Source: a virus
Length of the DNA stretch: 64,000 nucleotides
Reading direction: 5' to 3' (one strand)
IMG/VR virus record: IMGVR_UViG_3300033064_001806
Span: 1-64,000 of that record
A program made the position numbers and the translations under genes. The notes beneath the pieces are model-generated. The model was not told the DNA's origin and ran no database searches. It was given only the letters and a program-made list of their open reading frames with translations. Below are positions 28,502-37,477 of the stretch, piece by piece (the stretch's first letter is position 1; each line of letters begins with the position of its first letter).

Positions 28502-30943
28502 GTGGCTACAGAAAGAATTGTAAGTCCTGGTGTTTTTACCAACGAAAACGATCTATCTTTCCTTCAACAAGGGATAGGACAAATTGGTGCTGCACTTATT
28601 GGACCAACTATGAAGGGACCGGCTTTCGTCCCAACACTTGTTCAGGGATACAGCGATTTTGTTACAAAATTTGGCGGTACTTACGAACAATCATATTTAC
28701 CATACACAGCTAAAAACTATCTAAATAATGCAGGTAGTGCAACAATAGTTCGTGTACTTGGTTCAGGTGGATACTCATTAAAACACCCAATTGCTATTGT
28801 AGCAAGTGGTTCTGGACAAGGTAGGAAATTAATATCCTTTTTACATCCAACATTTGTTGTAACAAGTGGCGATTCTACTTCATTGTTTGCAAATTCTATT
28901 CTTACTTCAGGTGGAACAGGTTCTTTTGTATTGACTGTTTCTGGTGCATTTACAACAGACACATCAACATTTACAAATGCAACAAATGAAAATGGAACAG
29001 CATTTAGTTCTTCTATTAATCCAGAAAATAATTCATATATCGGTGATTTATATGGATATAATCCTTACGGTACACACGCAGTTTATAACTACGTAAACTT
29101 TAAAAAACAAGCATCCGCTTCTTTAGCAGCAGACGCTTCCGTTGTTATTTCTATTGAAACTGGTTCTGCTGGTTCTCCATGGGACTTTACAGACGATTAT
29201 CTTGAAGCAGCAACTCCTTGGGTTAATTCTCAATTAATCGGTAATATAAAATCTGATTTATTTAAGTTTCATACTTTATCCCATGGTATTCATTCTAACT
29301 ATGAAACCAAAGTTGGTATTTCAAACATTCGTCCTGCTGGTACAATTGCAGGTTCTGAATATGGTGATTTCGATGTTATCGTTAGATTCGTTGATCAATC
29401 CAAATTACCACAGACACCATTCAATTCACAAGACGAAGATATTCGCCCAACAATAGTTGAACAATTCAAGTGTAATCTCGATCCAAATTCTCCTAAATAT
29501 ATTGCAAGAGTTGTTGGTGATAGATACATTACAGTTGATGATGACGGTAAAGTTATTGTAAACGGTGATTATTCTAATAAATCAAAATATATTCGTGTAG
29601 AAACAACAGAAGCAGTAGCAAACGGTGCAGTTTCTCCAAACTTAGTGCCATTCGGTTTCCGTGCTCTTGCTACTCCAATTCCAAGTGCATTCACTCAACC
29701 CCCTGCTTGTTCTTATGTATCTGACCAACTTTCTGGTGGTTCATATAACAGAAGAGTGTTCTGGGGATTCAATTATGATTTCGCTAACACAGATAACTTT
29801 AATTACTTACGTTCATTACCAATTGCAGCAAATCAGTCAACTGGCTCTAATATAGATTTCTACTTAGGTAACTTTTCTCAAAATGCTGCAGCTAATTTCC
29901 CATCATCTGCAACATCATATACTGCATCTATTGATTTAAGTACAAATACTTCTCTTGATTCACGTAAATTTATGTTACCGTTTCAAGGTGGATTTGATGG
30001 TCACAAACCAAACTTACAAAAAAAGATAGGTACTTATATATTAGCAGGTAACACACAAGGCTTTGATATTTCATCAAACTCTTCAGCTGGTTATACATCT
30101 TATAAAAAAGCAGTCGATGCTATTTCAAACGCAGATGAATTTGATATTAACTTAGTTGTAACACCAGGTGTTCTTCATTCAATACACTCAGCAATTACAA
30201 CACACGTAATTGATGTTTGTGAAGACCGTGGTGATTGTTTCTTTGTAATGGATAACTCACAAATTTCCGATAATATTGCAACAGCGGTATCTTCACTTGA
30301 AGGTTTAGATACAAACTATGCAGCAACATATTATCCTTGGGTTAAAATTCTTGATTTCGATAGAAACAAACCAATCTGGGTTCCACCTTCAGTAGTTCTT
30401 CCTGGTGTAATAGCATTCAATGACCGTGTGTCTGCTGAATGGTTTGCTCCTGCTGGCTTAAATCGTGGTGGCTTAACAGAAGTTGTTGAAGTTAAAACAA
30501 GATTAACACACGCAGAACGTGATTCATTATATGAAGGTCGTATTAATCCTATCGCAGTATTTCCATCAACTGGTGTATGTGTATGGGGACAAAAGACACT
30601 TCAAGGTCGTCCATCTGCTCTTGACCGTATTAATGTTCGTCGTTTGTTAATTGCAACTAAGAAGTTTATCGCTTCTTCTACAAGATACTTAGTGTTTGAA
30701 CAAAACACTTCACAAACAAGAACTCGCTTCTTGAACATCGTGAACCCATATCTTGAGTCAATACAACAACGTCAAGGTTTATACGCATTCCGTGTTATCA
30801 TGGATGAGAGTAACAATACGCCAGACATTATAGATCGCAACATATTGTACGGACAATTGTTCTTACAACCTGCAAAAACTGCTGAATTCATTATTCTTGA
30901 TTTCAACATTCAATCAACAGGTGCTGCGTTTCCAGGTGCGTAA
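28502..30943 (+). CDS. Contractile tail sheath protein (gp18-like)
   Basis: SPGVFT.E.D, GP..KGP.FVP, YYPW, WFAPAG.NRG, INPI, WGQKT, RINVRRL; GTG start after GGAG. Confidence 0.96.
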   Translation: MATERIVSPGVFTNENDLSFLQQGIGQIGAALIGPTMKGPAFVPTLVQGYSDFVTKFGGTYEQSYLPYTAKNYLNNAGSATIVRVLGSGGYSLKHPIAIVASGSGQGRKLISFLHPTFVVTSGDSTSLFANSILTSGGTGSFVLTVSGAFTTDTSTFTNATNENGTAFSSSINPENNSYIGDLYGYNPYGTHAVYNYVNFKKQASASLAADASVVISIETGSAGSPWDFTDDYLEAATPWVNSQLIGNIKSDLFKFHTLSHGIHSNYETKVGISNIRPAGTIAGSEYGDFDVIVRFVDQSKLPQTPFNSQDEDIRPTIVEQFKCNLDPNSPKYIARVVGDRYITVDDDGKVIVNGDYSNKSKYIRVETTEAVANGAVSPNLVPFGFRALATPIPSAFTQPPACSYVSDQLSGGSYNRRVFWGFNYDFANTDNFNYLRSLPIAANQSTGSNIDFYLGNFSQNAAANFPSSATSYTASIDLSTNTSLDSRKFMLPFQGGFDGHKPNLQKKIGTYILAGNTQGFDISSNSSAGYTSYKKAVDAISNADEFDINLVVTPGVLHSIHSAITTHVIDVCEDRGDCFFVMDNSQISDNIATAVSSLEGLDTNYAATYYPWVKILDFDRNKPIWVPPSVVLPGVIAFNDRVSAEWFAPAGLNRGGLTEVVEVKTRLTHAERDSLYEGRINPIAVFPSTGVCVWGQKTLQGRPSALDRINVRRLLIATKKFIASSTRYLVFEQNTSQTRTRFLNIVNPYLESIQQRQGLYAFRVIMDESNNTPDIIDRNILYGQLFLQPAKTAEFIILDFNIQSTGAAFPGA

Positions 30944-30950
30944 TTAAATT

Positions 30951-30986
30951 AAAAATGGGAAGATGAAATACTCTTCCCACTTTTTT
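30951..30986 (+). terminator. Intrinsic terminator after the sheath gene
   Basis: TGGGAAGA...TCTTCCCA followed by a T-tract. Confidence 0.75.
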
Positions 30987-31035
30987 GAAATTGATATATT
31001 TATACTTAAAGGATATTTTAAAATTGGAGATATAA

Positions 31036-31524
31036 ATGGCTGAATTACTTGACCCCACGGAAATATTTTTTACCCCGTTTGAGCCGAAGTTACAAAATAG
31101 ATTTATTTTGTACATCGAGGGTGTTCCTGCTTATTTAGTGAAAGGTGCTGGTAGACCTAACATTAGCTTTAACCCTATCACGCTCGATCACATTAATATT
31201 AAACGTAAAGTAAAAGGTAAGGGCGAATGGCAAGATATTTCTATTAAATTATACGATCCAATCGTTCCTTCTGCTGCACAAGCGGTAATGGAATGGGTTC
31301 GTTTATCACATGAATCTGTAACTGGTCGTGATGGTTATTCTGACTTCTACAAGAAAGATTTAACACTTCATGTACTTGGTCCAGTTGGTGATAAGATTGA
31401 AGAATGGACTATTAAAGGTGCATTTATCACCGCTACTACATTTGGTGATATGGATTGGGCAAACGACGCATTTGTTGAGATTGGACTCACATTAGCATAC
31501 GATTACGCTATCCTTCAATACTAA
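31036..31524 (+). CDS. Tail tube protein (gp19-like)
   Basis: EPK..NRF, W..I...YDPI.PS.AQAVMEW, GRDGY..FYKK, EEW..KGAF, L.YDYA. Confidence 0.92.
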   Translation: MAELLDPTEIFFTPFEPKLQNRFILYIEGVPAYLVKGAGRPNISFNPITLDHINIKRKVKGKGEWQDISIKLYDPIVPSAAQAVMEWVRLSHESVTGRDGYSDFYKKDLTLHVLGPVGDKIEEWTIKGAFITATTFGDMDWANDAFVEIGLTLAYDYAILQY

Positions 31525-31550
31525 TTTAATATTAGAACTAAAAGAAATTA

Positions 31551-31597
31551 CCCCATACTTATTAATAGAAATATTAGTAAGTATGGGGATTTTTTAT
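31551..31597 (+). terminator. Long terminator hairpin containing ATACTTAT in its 5' arm
   Basis: CCCCATACTTATTAATA-gaaa-TATTAGTAAGTATGGGG followed by ATTTTTT. Confidence 0.8.
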
Positions 31598-31829
31598 CAA
31601 ACACTTTTGTAGTTTACATAAAGACTCCATTGCAACCATTGTATATTATGGAAGCAATACACCATTCATCCGACGTTTACAAGAACTCGGATTAATTGTT
31701 GGTACAACCTTTACTGTTATTAGAAAAGCACCGTTTGGTGGACCAACTGAGATTCATTACGGTTATACGAGATTGGCAATTAGGCCAGACCCAAAAGTAG
31801 ATATTATTATGGTTGACGAAGAATGGTAG
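31596..31829 (+). CDS. feoA: FeoA-domain protein lacking a canonical start (ATC start or pseudogene); not in ORF track
   Basis: IKHFCSLHKDSIATIVYYGSNTPFIRRLQELGLIVGTTFTVIRKAPFGGPTEIHYGYTRLAIRPDPKVDIIMVDEEW; RRL.ELG...G...V.R.APFGGP.EI......LA.R is the FeoA signature. Confidence 0.75.
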   Translation: MKHFCSLHKDSIATIVYYGSNTPFIRRLQELGLIVGTTFTVIRKAPFGGPTEIHYGYTRLAIRPDPKVDIIMVDEEW

Positions 31830-31898
31830 TTTTTCTAAGTTAATCATATTTATAAGTGTATAAAAATTGTTTTATTATGAATTGTTATAGGATTAGTT

Positions 31899-32765
31899 AT
31901 GACTAAAATTCCAACCGGCTACGATGTTGGTCAACGAGAAATTACTTCTGACGCTGACATTAAAGCCCACTTACTATCTGAGCATAAAGTTTCAGATGTT
32001 AAACGTACAAACTTTCCAACTGAAATTATCCCCTTACCTTCAAAAGGTCTTATATATCCATTAGGTCATCCACTTGAAAGTGGCGTGATTGAAATGAAGT
32101 ATATGACTGCAAGGGAAGAAGATATTTTAACATCACAAAACCTTATTAAACAAGGTGTTGTGTTAGACAAATTGTTTGAGTCTTTGATTGTTACTCCTGT
32201 TAATTATAATGATTTATATATGGGTGACAAGAACGCAATTATGGTTGCAGCGAGAATATTGGGTTACGGTAAAGATTATCAAGTCGAAGTTGATGATCCA
32301 TTCTCTCCTGGAACAAAACAAAAAGTAACAATAGATTTAACTCAAATTGAGCACAAGGAGGTTGATTACAGCTTATTTGAGAGGAGAGTAAACGAATTTG
32401 ATTACGAACTACCTAATTCAAAAAGAGTAGTAACATTTCGTTTAATGACTCATGCTTTGGAAAAAGACATCCAAGCAGAATTAAAAACAATGAATAAGAC
32501 ATTAGTAAGAACCGGAATTGACAGGGAACTTACAACAAGACTCAAACATATTATTACTTCCGTAGACGCTGAAAGTGGTAGAGCAGCGGTAAATCATTTT
32601 GTAGATAATGAACTATTTGCAGCAGATTCACGTGCTTTAAGACAATATATTAAATCAATATCACCTGACCTTGATTTAACGTACACTTTTAATTCAGATA
32701 CAACTGGCGAGGTGAAGGAGTTGGAAATACCTATGGGTGTTTCATTTTTTTGGCCTGGGAACTGA
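31899..32765 (+). CDS. Baseplate hub/tail assembly chaperone (T4 gp26-like)
   Basis: LPSKG..Y, MKYMTAREEDILT, D...I...ARI.GYG; ends FFWP; lies between tube and tape measure. Confidence 0.8.
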   Translation: MTKIPTGYDVGQREITSDADIKAHLLSEHKVSDVKRTNFPTEIIPLPSKGLIYPLGHPLESGVIEMKYMTAREEDILTSQNLIKQGVVLDKLFESLIVTPVNYNDLYMGDKNAIMVAARILGYGKDYQVEVDDPFSPGTKQKVTIDLTQIEHKEVDYSLFERRVNEFDYELPNSKRVVTFRLMTHALEKDIQAELKTMNKTLVRTGIDRELTTRLKHIITSVDAESGRAAVNHFVDNELFAADSRALRQYIKSISPDLDLTYTFNSDTTGEVKELEIPMGVSFFWPGN

Positions 32766-32973
32766 TTATAAATTAGGTTTGCACGAAGAGTTATTTGTGT
32801 TATGTTATAGAGGACAAGGCGGGTGGACGTGGAATGACGTTTATAATTTACCAATACACCTTAGACGATTCTATATAAAGCAAGTTTCTAAAGCAGTTGA
32901 AGAACACAATAAACAATATGAAGAGTCAGGCAAATCTAAATCTCCAGCAATGCCTACATTTAGACCAAAATAA
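32737..32973 (+). CDS. Tail chaperone second ORF (gp51-like), probably reached by frameshift
   Basis: LHEELF.L...G.GGW....VYNLPI.LRRFY; no in-frame ATG near the start; overlaps the T7 run at the end of the upstream gene. Confidence 0.7.
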   Translation: MFHFFGLGTDYKLGLHEELFVLCYRGQGGWTWNDVYNLPIHLRRFYIKQVSKAVEEHNKQYEESGKSKSPAMPTFRPK

Positions 32974-32975
32974 TC

Positions 32976-33007
32976 AAAGTCCGTATATTTATTTATACGG
33001 ACTTTTT
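32976..33007 (+). terminator. Terminator hairpin containing ATATTTAT across stem and loop
   Basis: AAAGTCCGTATA-tttatt-TATACGGACTTTTT. Confidence 0.85.
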
Positions 33008-33028
33008 GTTTAATTATAATGTGGTATA

Positions 33029-36000
33029 ATGGCTAAAGAAGACAAGAAAGAATCAGAAGAGTTACGTGACCTCCGCAGACAAGAAGCAGAAATCACACGT
33101 GAAATCATAGATCTTCGTGAAAAACTCGTTGCACTATCCAAATCTGATGGTGCAAATTTACGAGAAGTTCAGAAAGTTCAGGAAAGTCTATTAGGTTTAG
33201 AAAAACAGAAGCAGGGAGTTCAGGGGCAAATATACAACCAATACGGTGAAATACTTAAAAGTGAACAAACTCATTTAGATAGTATTCAGAAAATAGTAGA
33301 AACACAAGAAGACTTACTAGAATTAACAGAAGAAACAAATGAGGAGTATAAAAAGGCTCGTGCTGTTAAAATGGAATTGCTTGATCTTGAAGATGAATTA
33401 AAAACAAAATATGATGATATTCAAAAAGGTCTTTCTGAAACTATAAAAAGTTCGCATGAGTATAATTTTGTAACCGATATGATTTCCCAAACAACTGCAG
33501 CAGTTCAAGAGCGAGTAGAGGGTACAAGTAAAGAAATGATTGCCTTGGGTGATGCAACGCGTAAAAATCTTTACACTAATATTGATTTGGTTGATACATT
33601 ACAAGATATGGATGTTTCAGCAAAAGCGGTTCGTGAGGGTAAATTTATTGAATTAAGTTCAGTTCGTGAAGAATTATCTTTAAAGAAAACAGGTAGAATG
33701 CTTGACGCACTCAAAGAAGATTTTAACCGTGGTTCAGTAAAAGACGCTGCGGGTAAGACAAAGTATTCTCAACAAGATTTGGATTTTATTCAGAAACAAA
33801 TGGGAATCTATACAATACAAGAAAAGAGTTTGAATAGTATTATTTCTCTTAAACAAAAATCCAATGAAGAAAATAAACAAGATGCTAGTACGCAAGCAAA
33901 AATTATACAAAAAACAGAAGAATTACAGAGTGCAATTGGTGAAACAAAATTTGGGGCGGTTTTCGATGGTTTAGAAAGTGGTATAAAGAAAATACCAGGT
34001 GGTACAGCACTTACAAAAGTTCTTGGATTTGATACATTTAAGAAAAACATGCAAGAAAATGTTGGTAAGTCATTAACAGGCATAGCAACTGGCTTCCAAG
34101 GAGGAATGGTTTCTGGTATGAAAGCATCTGGACAAGCAGTAATGGGATTTGGTAAAACATTGTTGATGGGACCACAAGCCGTAATATTTGGAATAATTGC
34201 AGCAGTAGGAGCGTTGGTTGCATTGTTTGTTTCATTAGATGGAAAAACTTCAAAGATACAAAAAACTTTCGGTGGAACAAAAGCAGAAGCTGAAAAAACA
34301 CATCATGCTGCACATAAATTAGCAGAAAACATGAAAGTAGCAGGCATTAATTCAGAGCAAACATTAAAAGCAATGGAAGATGTTAGTGAAAGAATGGGTG
34401 GACTTGATGTTTCTGCCATAATGCAAGGTGGTAATAAAGCAATGGCTCAGATGGTTTCTGATAGTGCTGTACTTTCTGAGAAGTTTGGTTTGAGTGCAGA
34501 TGAGATTGGAAATATACAAACATTGGCAACTTTAACTGGTACAAGTGTTGGTAGTTTAGTAAACCAAACAACAAAATTGGGTAAAGGTTTACTAACAGAT
34601 AAAGCAGCAATGAAAACTTTAGCTGAAATACCAAAGCAAGTTACCGTTGCATTTAAGGGTACAACACAAGAACTTATTAAAGCTGCTCAAAAAGCAAAAT
34701 TGTACGGAACTACCTTGGAATCAATTCAAAAAGTAGGTAGAGGAATGTTAGATATTGAATCCTCATTATCAGCAGAAATGGAAGCTAGGGTGTTAACTGG
34801 TAAAAATATAAACTTTGATGCTGCAAGGGGTTACGCATTGAACGGTTTAACTGCTAAATTACAAGATGAGATATTAACTCAAATGGGTTCTATGGAAGAT
34901 TTCAAAAAAATGAATGTACTTCAACAAGAATCTATGGCAAAAGCGTTTGGTATGTCTGTTGAAGAAATGACTACTATGTTAGCCAAGGGTGAAGAACTAA
35001 AAAATGTTGGTTTGAGTGCTGCAAAATTAGAAGAAAAACAATATCAAAATGCCGTTGGTTTAAGAGAAGAAGCAGAAAAAGCTCGTCAAGCAGGAAAAGG
35101 TGATTTGGCCGCTAAGTTAACAAGTATGGCTGCAGAAAAAGATTCCGCCACAATGGCAGAAAAACTCGGTGACATAATGACAAAAGTGAAAGAAAAATTT
35201 GAATCACTTATGTTTCCTATTGTTGAAATGGTTCATGGATTATTTGACGCAAAAGACGCAGGTGGCGGTATTATGGCAGTATTTGATGATGTTGTTAATT
35301 CTATAAAACCAATTTTATCTATACTTGGTGTTATAATTAAAATTATTTTAGCTGGTATGATTCCTGCATTCAAATTCACATTCAGTATTATATCTATGTT
35401 AGTTAAACCACTTTCATGGGTTGCTTCATTATTTGGTAGTGTAGAAGAAAAAACAGAACAAGTTGGAAAAACTGTGAAGGGTGTATCTGACGGTGTAAAT
35501 AAAATAACCAAACCAGTTAAAGAAGTAGAATCAGGATTTGGTGGTGTTCTAAAGTTAGTTGGATTAATAGGTGCAGCTTTTGCAGGTAAGGCTTTGATTG
35601 GAAAGGGTTTAGGGATGCTTAAAGATAAAGCTATGGATTTGGGTACAACATTGATGAGTAAAGTTGGTGGTGCTGCAAGTAAAGTGACAGGAAAATTAAC
35701 TGGAAAGATGGGTGGATTGGCAAGTAAGGTAGCAGGAAAATTACCTGGAAAAATGGGCGGATTTGCACAAAAGGCATTGGGTAAACTCACAGGGGCAGGT
35801 GGTGATGCAGGTGGTGGAGATGCCACAAGTAAAATGTTAGATACACAAACAGCAAATCTTGATAAAACATCTAAACTAGCAGATGGTGCTAAATCTATGG
35901 GTGATAAAATTGCTGATTTCGGTAAAGGATTGGGTTCTGCTATACAATCAATTGGTACAGGTATTGGTGGTGCATTTCAAGGAATTTTAACAGGAATAGG

Positions 36001-37435
36001 AAAAGGAATAGAAGCGCTTGGACAATCATTAGCAACAATGACTCCTATTGGTCCAGTTGGGGTTGCAGTTGGTTTATTTTTCTTAGCGTTGGGTGCTTCA
36101 CTACTTATGGCAGCACCTGCAATAAAAGCAATTGCTCCCGTATTAATGAAGTTTGTAGAAATTATAGGTGTAGCATTGGTTAAGGCGTTAGAAGTTGCAG
36201 GACCCATAATACAAAAAGTAATAGAAACTGTTGGTATAGTTCTAACCGCTTTTATGCCAGTATTGATTAGAGTTGCTGAAGTTCTTGGTACAGTATTTAT
36301 TGCGGCAATAAAAGAAATTGGTCCAATTGTAAAAACTGTGTTTGAAGGTATTGCAAGCGTAATGAGTACAATAGGCACACAGATAGTTAACATAATAAAT
36401 ACGATTGGTGATAATATAGTAAAAATAGTCGATAAACTTATGGCTATAACTGGTATCAATCCATTAACATTAATGGCAATTGCAGCGGGTATAGTTATAT
36501 TAGGTGGTGCTCTTGCCGGATTTGGTGCAGGTGCTGGTGCAGGTGCACTTATGGAGGGTCTCGGTAGTTTAGTCGGTGGTGACAGTCCAATAGACCAATT
36601 AATAACAATCTTAGATAAGGTTGACCCAAAAACAATTGGTGCTGTTGTTGCCGGTATTGCAGGTATTGGTGTTGCTATGAAAGTCATGGCAGAGCATTTG
36701 GGTAATATCGATGCTAGTAAATTAGAAGAATTTGGTGACGCTTTAAGTGGATTGATGAAAAACATGAGTGGTGGACTTATGGAAGGACTTAGTAGTTTGG
36801 CTGGAGGTAAAAGTCCATTAGAGCAAATGAGTGAACTTGTTACTAAGTTAAATCCAGAAAAAATATCTGGTGCAGCAAAAGCATTTAGTCAAATATCAGA
36901 TTCACTAAAAAAACTTTCCGATACTATTTCAACACTTGATGTTGATAAATTATCTACAGTTATGGATAAAGTTGGCGGTGGTGGGGGTGTTGCTAATGTA
37001 GTTGGTTCTATTATGGGTGGGATAACTTCATTATTTGGTGGTGGTGGTACTGAAGAAAGTAAACCGGCATCCGCAGCAAATAAAGCAAATGAATATACAG
37101 CAAAATCAACAATAACAAGTATTCCACAAACTACTACACCAGCTACAACAGCAGCAATAACAAGTATTCCACAAACTACTACACCATCTACAACAGCAGC
37201 ACCACCAACAGTTACAGGTGTACCTCCTGGTGAAGCACCTGGTAAAGCGAAGGGTGATGTTGGAGATGCGTTGGGTTCTAAATTAGATAGATTAATTTCT
37301 ATCATAGAAAGTATGGCTAGTCAGCCAACTATAATAAAGTTTGGTGAAAAAACAGTTGAAGAGATACAAAGTAAAATTGATTTCAAAAAAGCGTATAATA
37401 TAGCGATAGATAATACATACGGCCGTAGAATTTAA
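33029..37435 (+). CDS. Tail tape measure protein
   Basis: 1468 aa, long helical Ala/Gly-rich sequence with hydrophobic segments, LDIESS..AEMEA.VLTG motif; follows the chaperone pair. Confidence 0.88.
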   Translation: MAKEDKKESEELRDLRRQEAEITREIIDLREKLVALSKSDGANLREVQKVQESLLGLEKQKQGVQGQIYNQYGEILKSEQTHLDSIQKIVETQEDLLELTEETNEEYKKARAVKMELLDLEDELKTKYDDIQKGLSETIKSSHEYNFVTDMISQTTAAVQERVEGTSKEMIALGDATRKNLYTNIDLVDTLQDMDVSAKAVREGKFIELSSVREELSLKKTGRMLDALKEDFNRGSVKDAAGKTKYSQQDLDFIQKQMGIYTIQEKSLNSIISLKQKSNEENKQDASTQAKIIQKTEELQSAIGETKFGAVFDGLESGIKKIPGGTALTKVLGFDTFKKNMQENVGKSLTGIATGFQGGMVSGMKASGQAVMGFGKTLLMGPQAVIFGIIAAVGALVALFVSLDGKTSKIQKTFGGTKAEAEKTHHAAHKLAENMKVAGINSEQTLKAMEDVSERMGGLDVSAIMQGGNKAMAQMVSDSAVLSEKFGLSADEIGNIQTLATLTGTSVGSLVNQTTKLGKGLLTDKAAMKTLAEIPKQVTVAFKGTTQELIKAAQKAKLYGTTLESIQKVGRGMLDIESSLSAEMEARVLTGKNINFDAARGYALNGLTAKLQDEILTQMGSMEDFKKMNVLQQESMAKAFGMSVEEMTTMLAKGEELKNVGLSAAKLEEKQYQNAVGLREEAEKARQAGKGDLAAKLTSMAAEKDSATMAEKLGDIMTKVKEKFESLMFPIVEMVHGLFDAKDAGGGIMAVFDDVVNSIKPILSILGVIIKIILAGMIPAFKFTFSIISMLVKPLSWVASLFGSVEEKTEQVGKTVKGVSDGVNKITKPVKEVESGFGGVLKLVGLIGAAFAGKALIGKGLGMLKDKAMDLGTTLMSKVGGAASKVTGKLTGKMGGLASKVAGKLPGKMGGFAQKALGKLTGAGGDAGGGDATSKMLDTQTANLDKTSKLADGAKSMGDKIADFGKGLGSAIQSIGTGIGGAFQGILTGIGKGIEALGQSLATMTPIGPVGVAVGLFFLALGASLLMAAPAIKAIAPVLMKFVEIIGVALVKALEVAGPIIQKVIETVGIVLTAFMPVLIRVAEVLGTVFIAAIKEIGPIVKTVFEGIASVMSTIGTQIVNIINTIGDNIVKIVDKLMAITGINPLTLMAIAAGIVILGGALAGFGAGAGAGALMEGLGSLVGGDSPIDQLITILDKVDPKTIGAVVAGIAGIGVAMKVMAEHLGNIDASKLEEFGDALSGLMKNMSGGLMEGLSSLAGGKSPLEQMSELVTKLNPEKISGAAKAFSQISDSLKKLSDTISTLDVDKLSTVMDKVGGGGGVANVVGSIMGGITSLFGGGGTEESKPASAANKANEYTAKSTITSIPQTTTPATTAAITSIPQTTTPSTTAAPPTVTGVPPGEAPGKAKGDVGDALGSKLDRLISIIESMASQPTIIKFGEKTVEEIQSKIDFKKAYNIAIDNTYGRRI
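37110..37201 (+). repeat. 45-bp tandem duplication in the tape measure C-terminus
   Basis: ITSIPQTTTP(A/S)TTAA twice, near-identical DNA. Confidence 0.9.
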
Positions 37436-37477
37436 TAATATACTTAGAGTTATATTTATATGAAATAATTAGGATGC

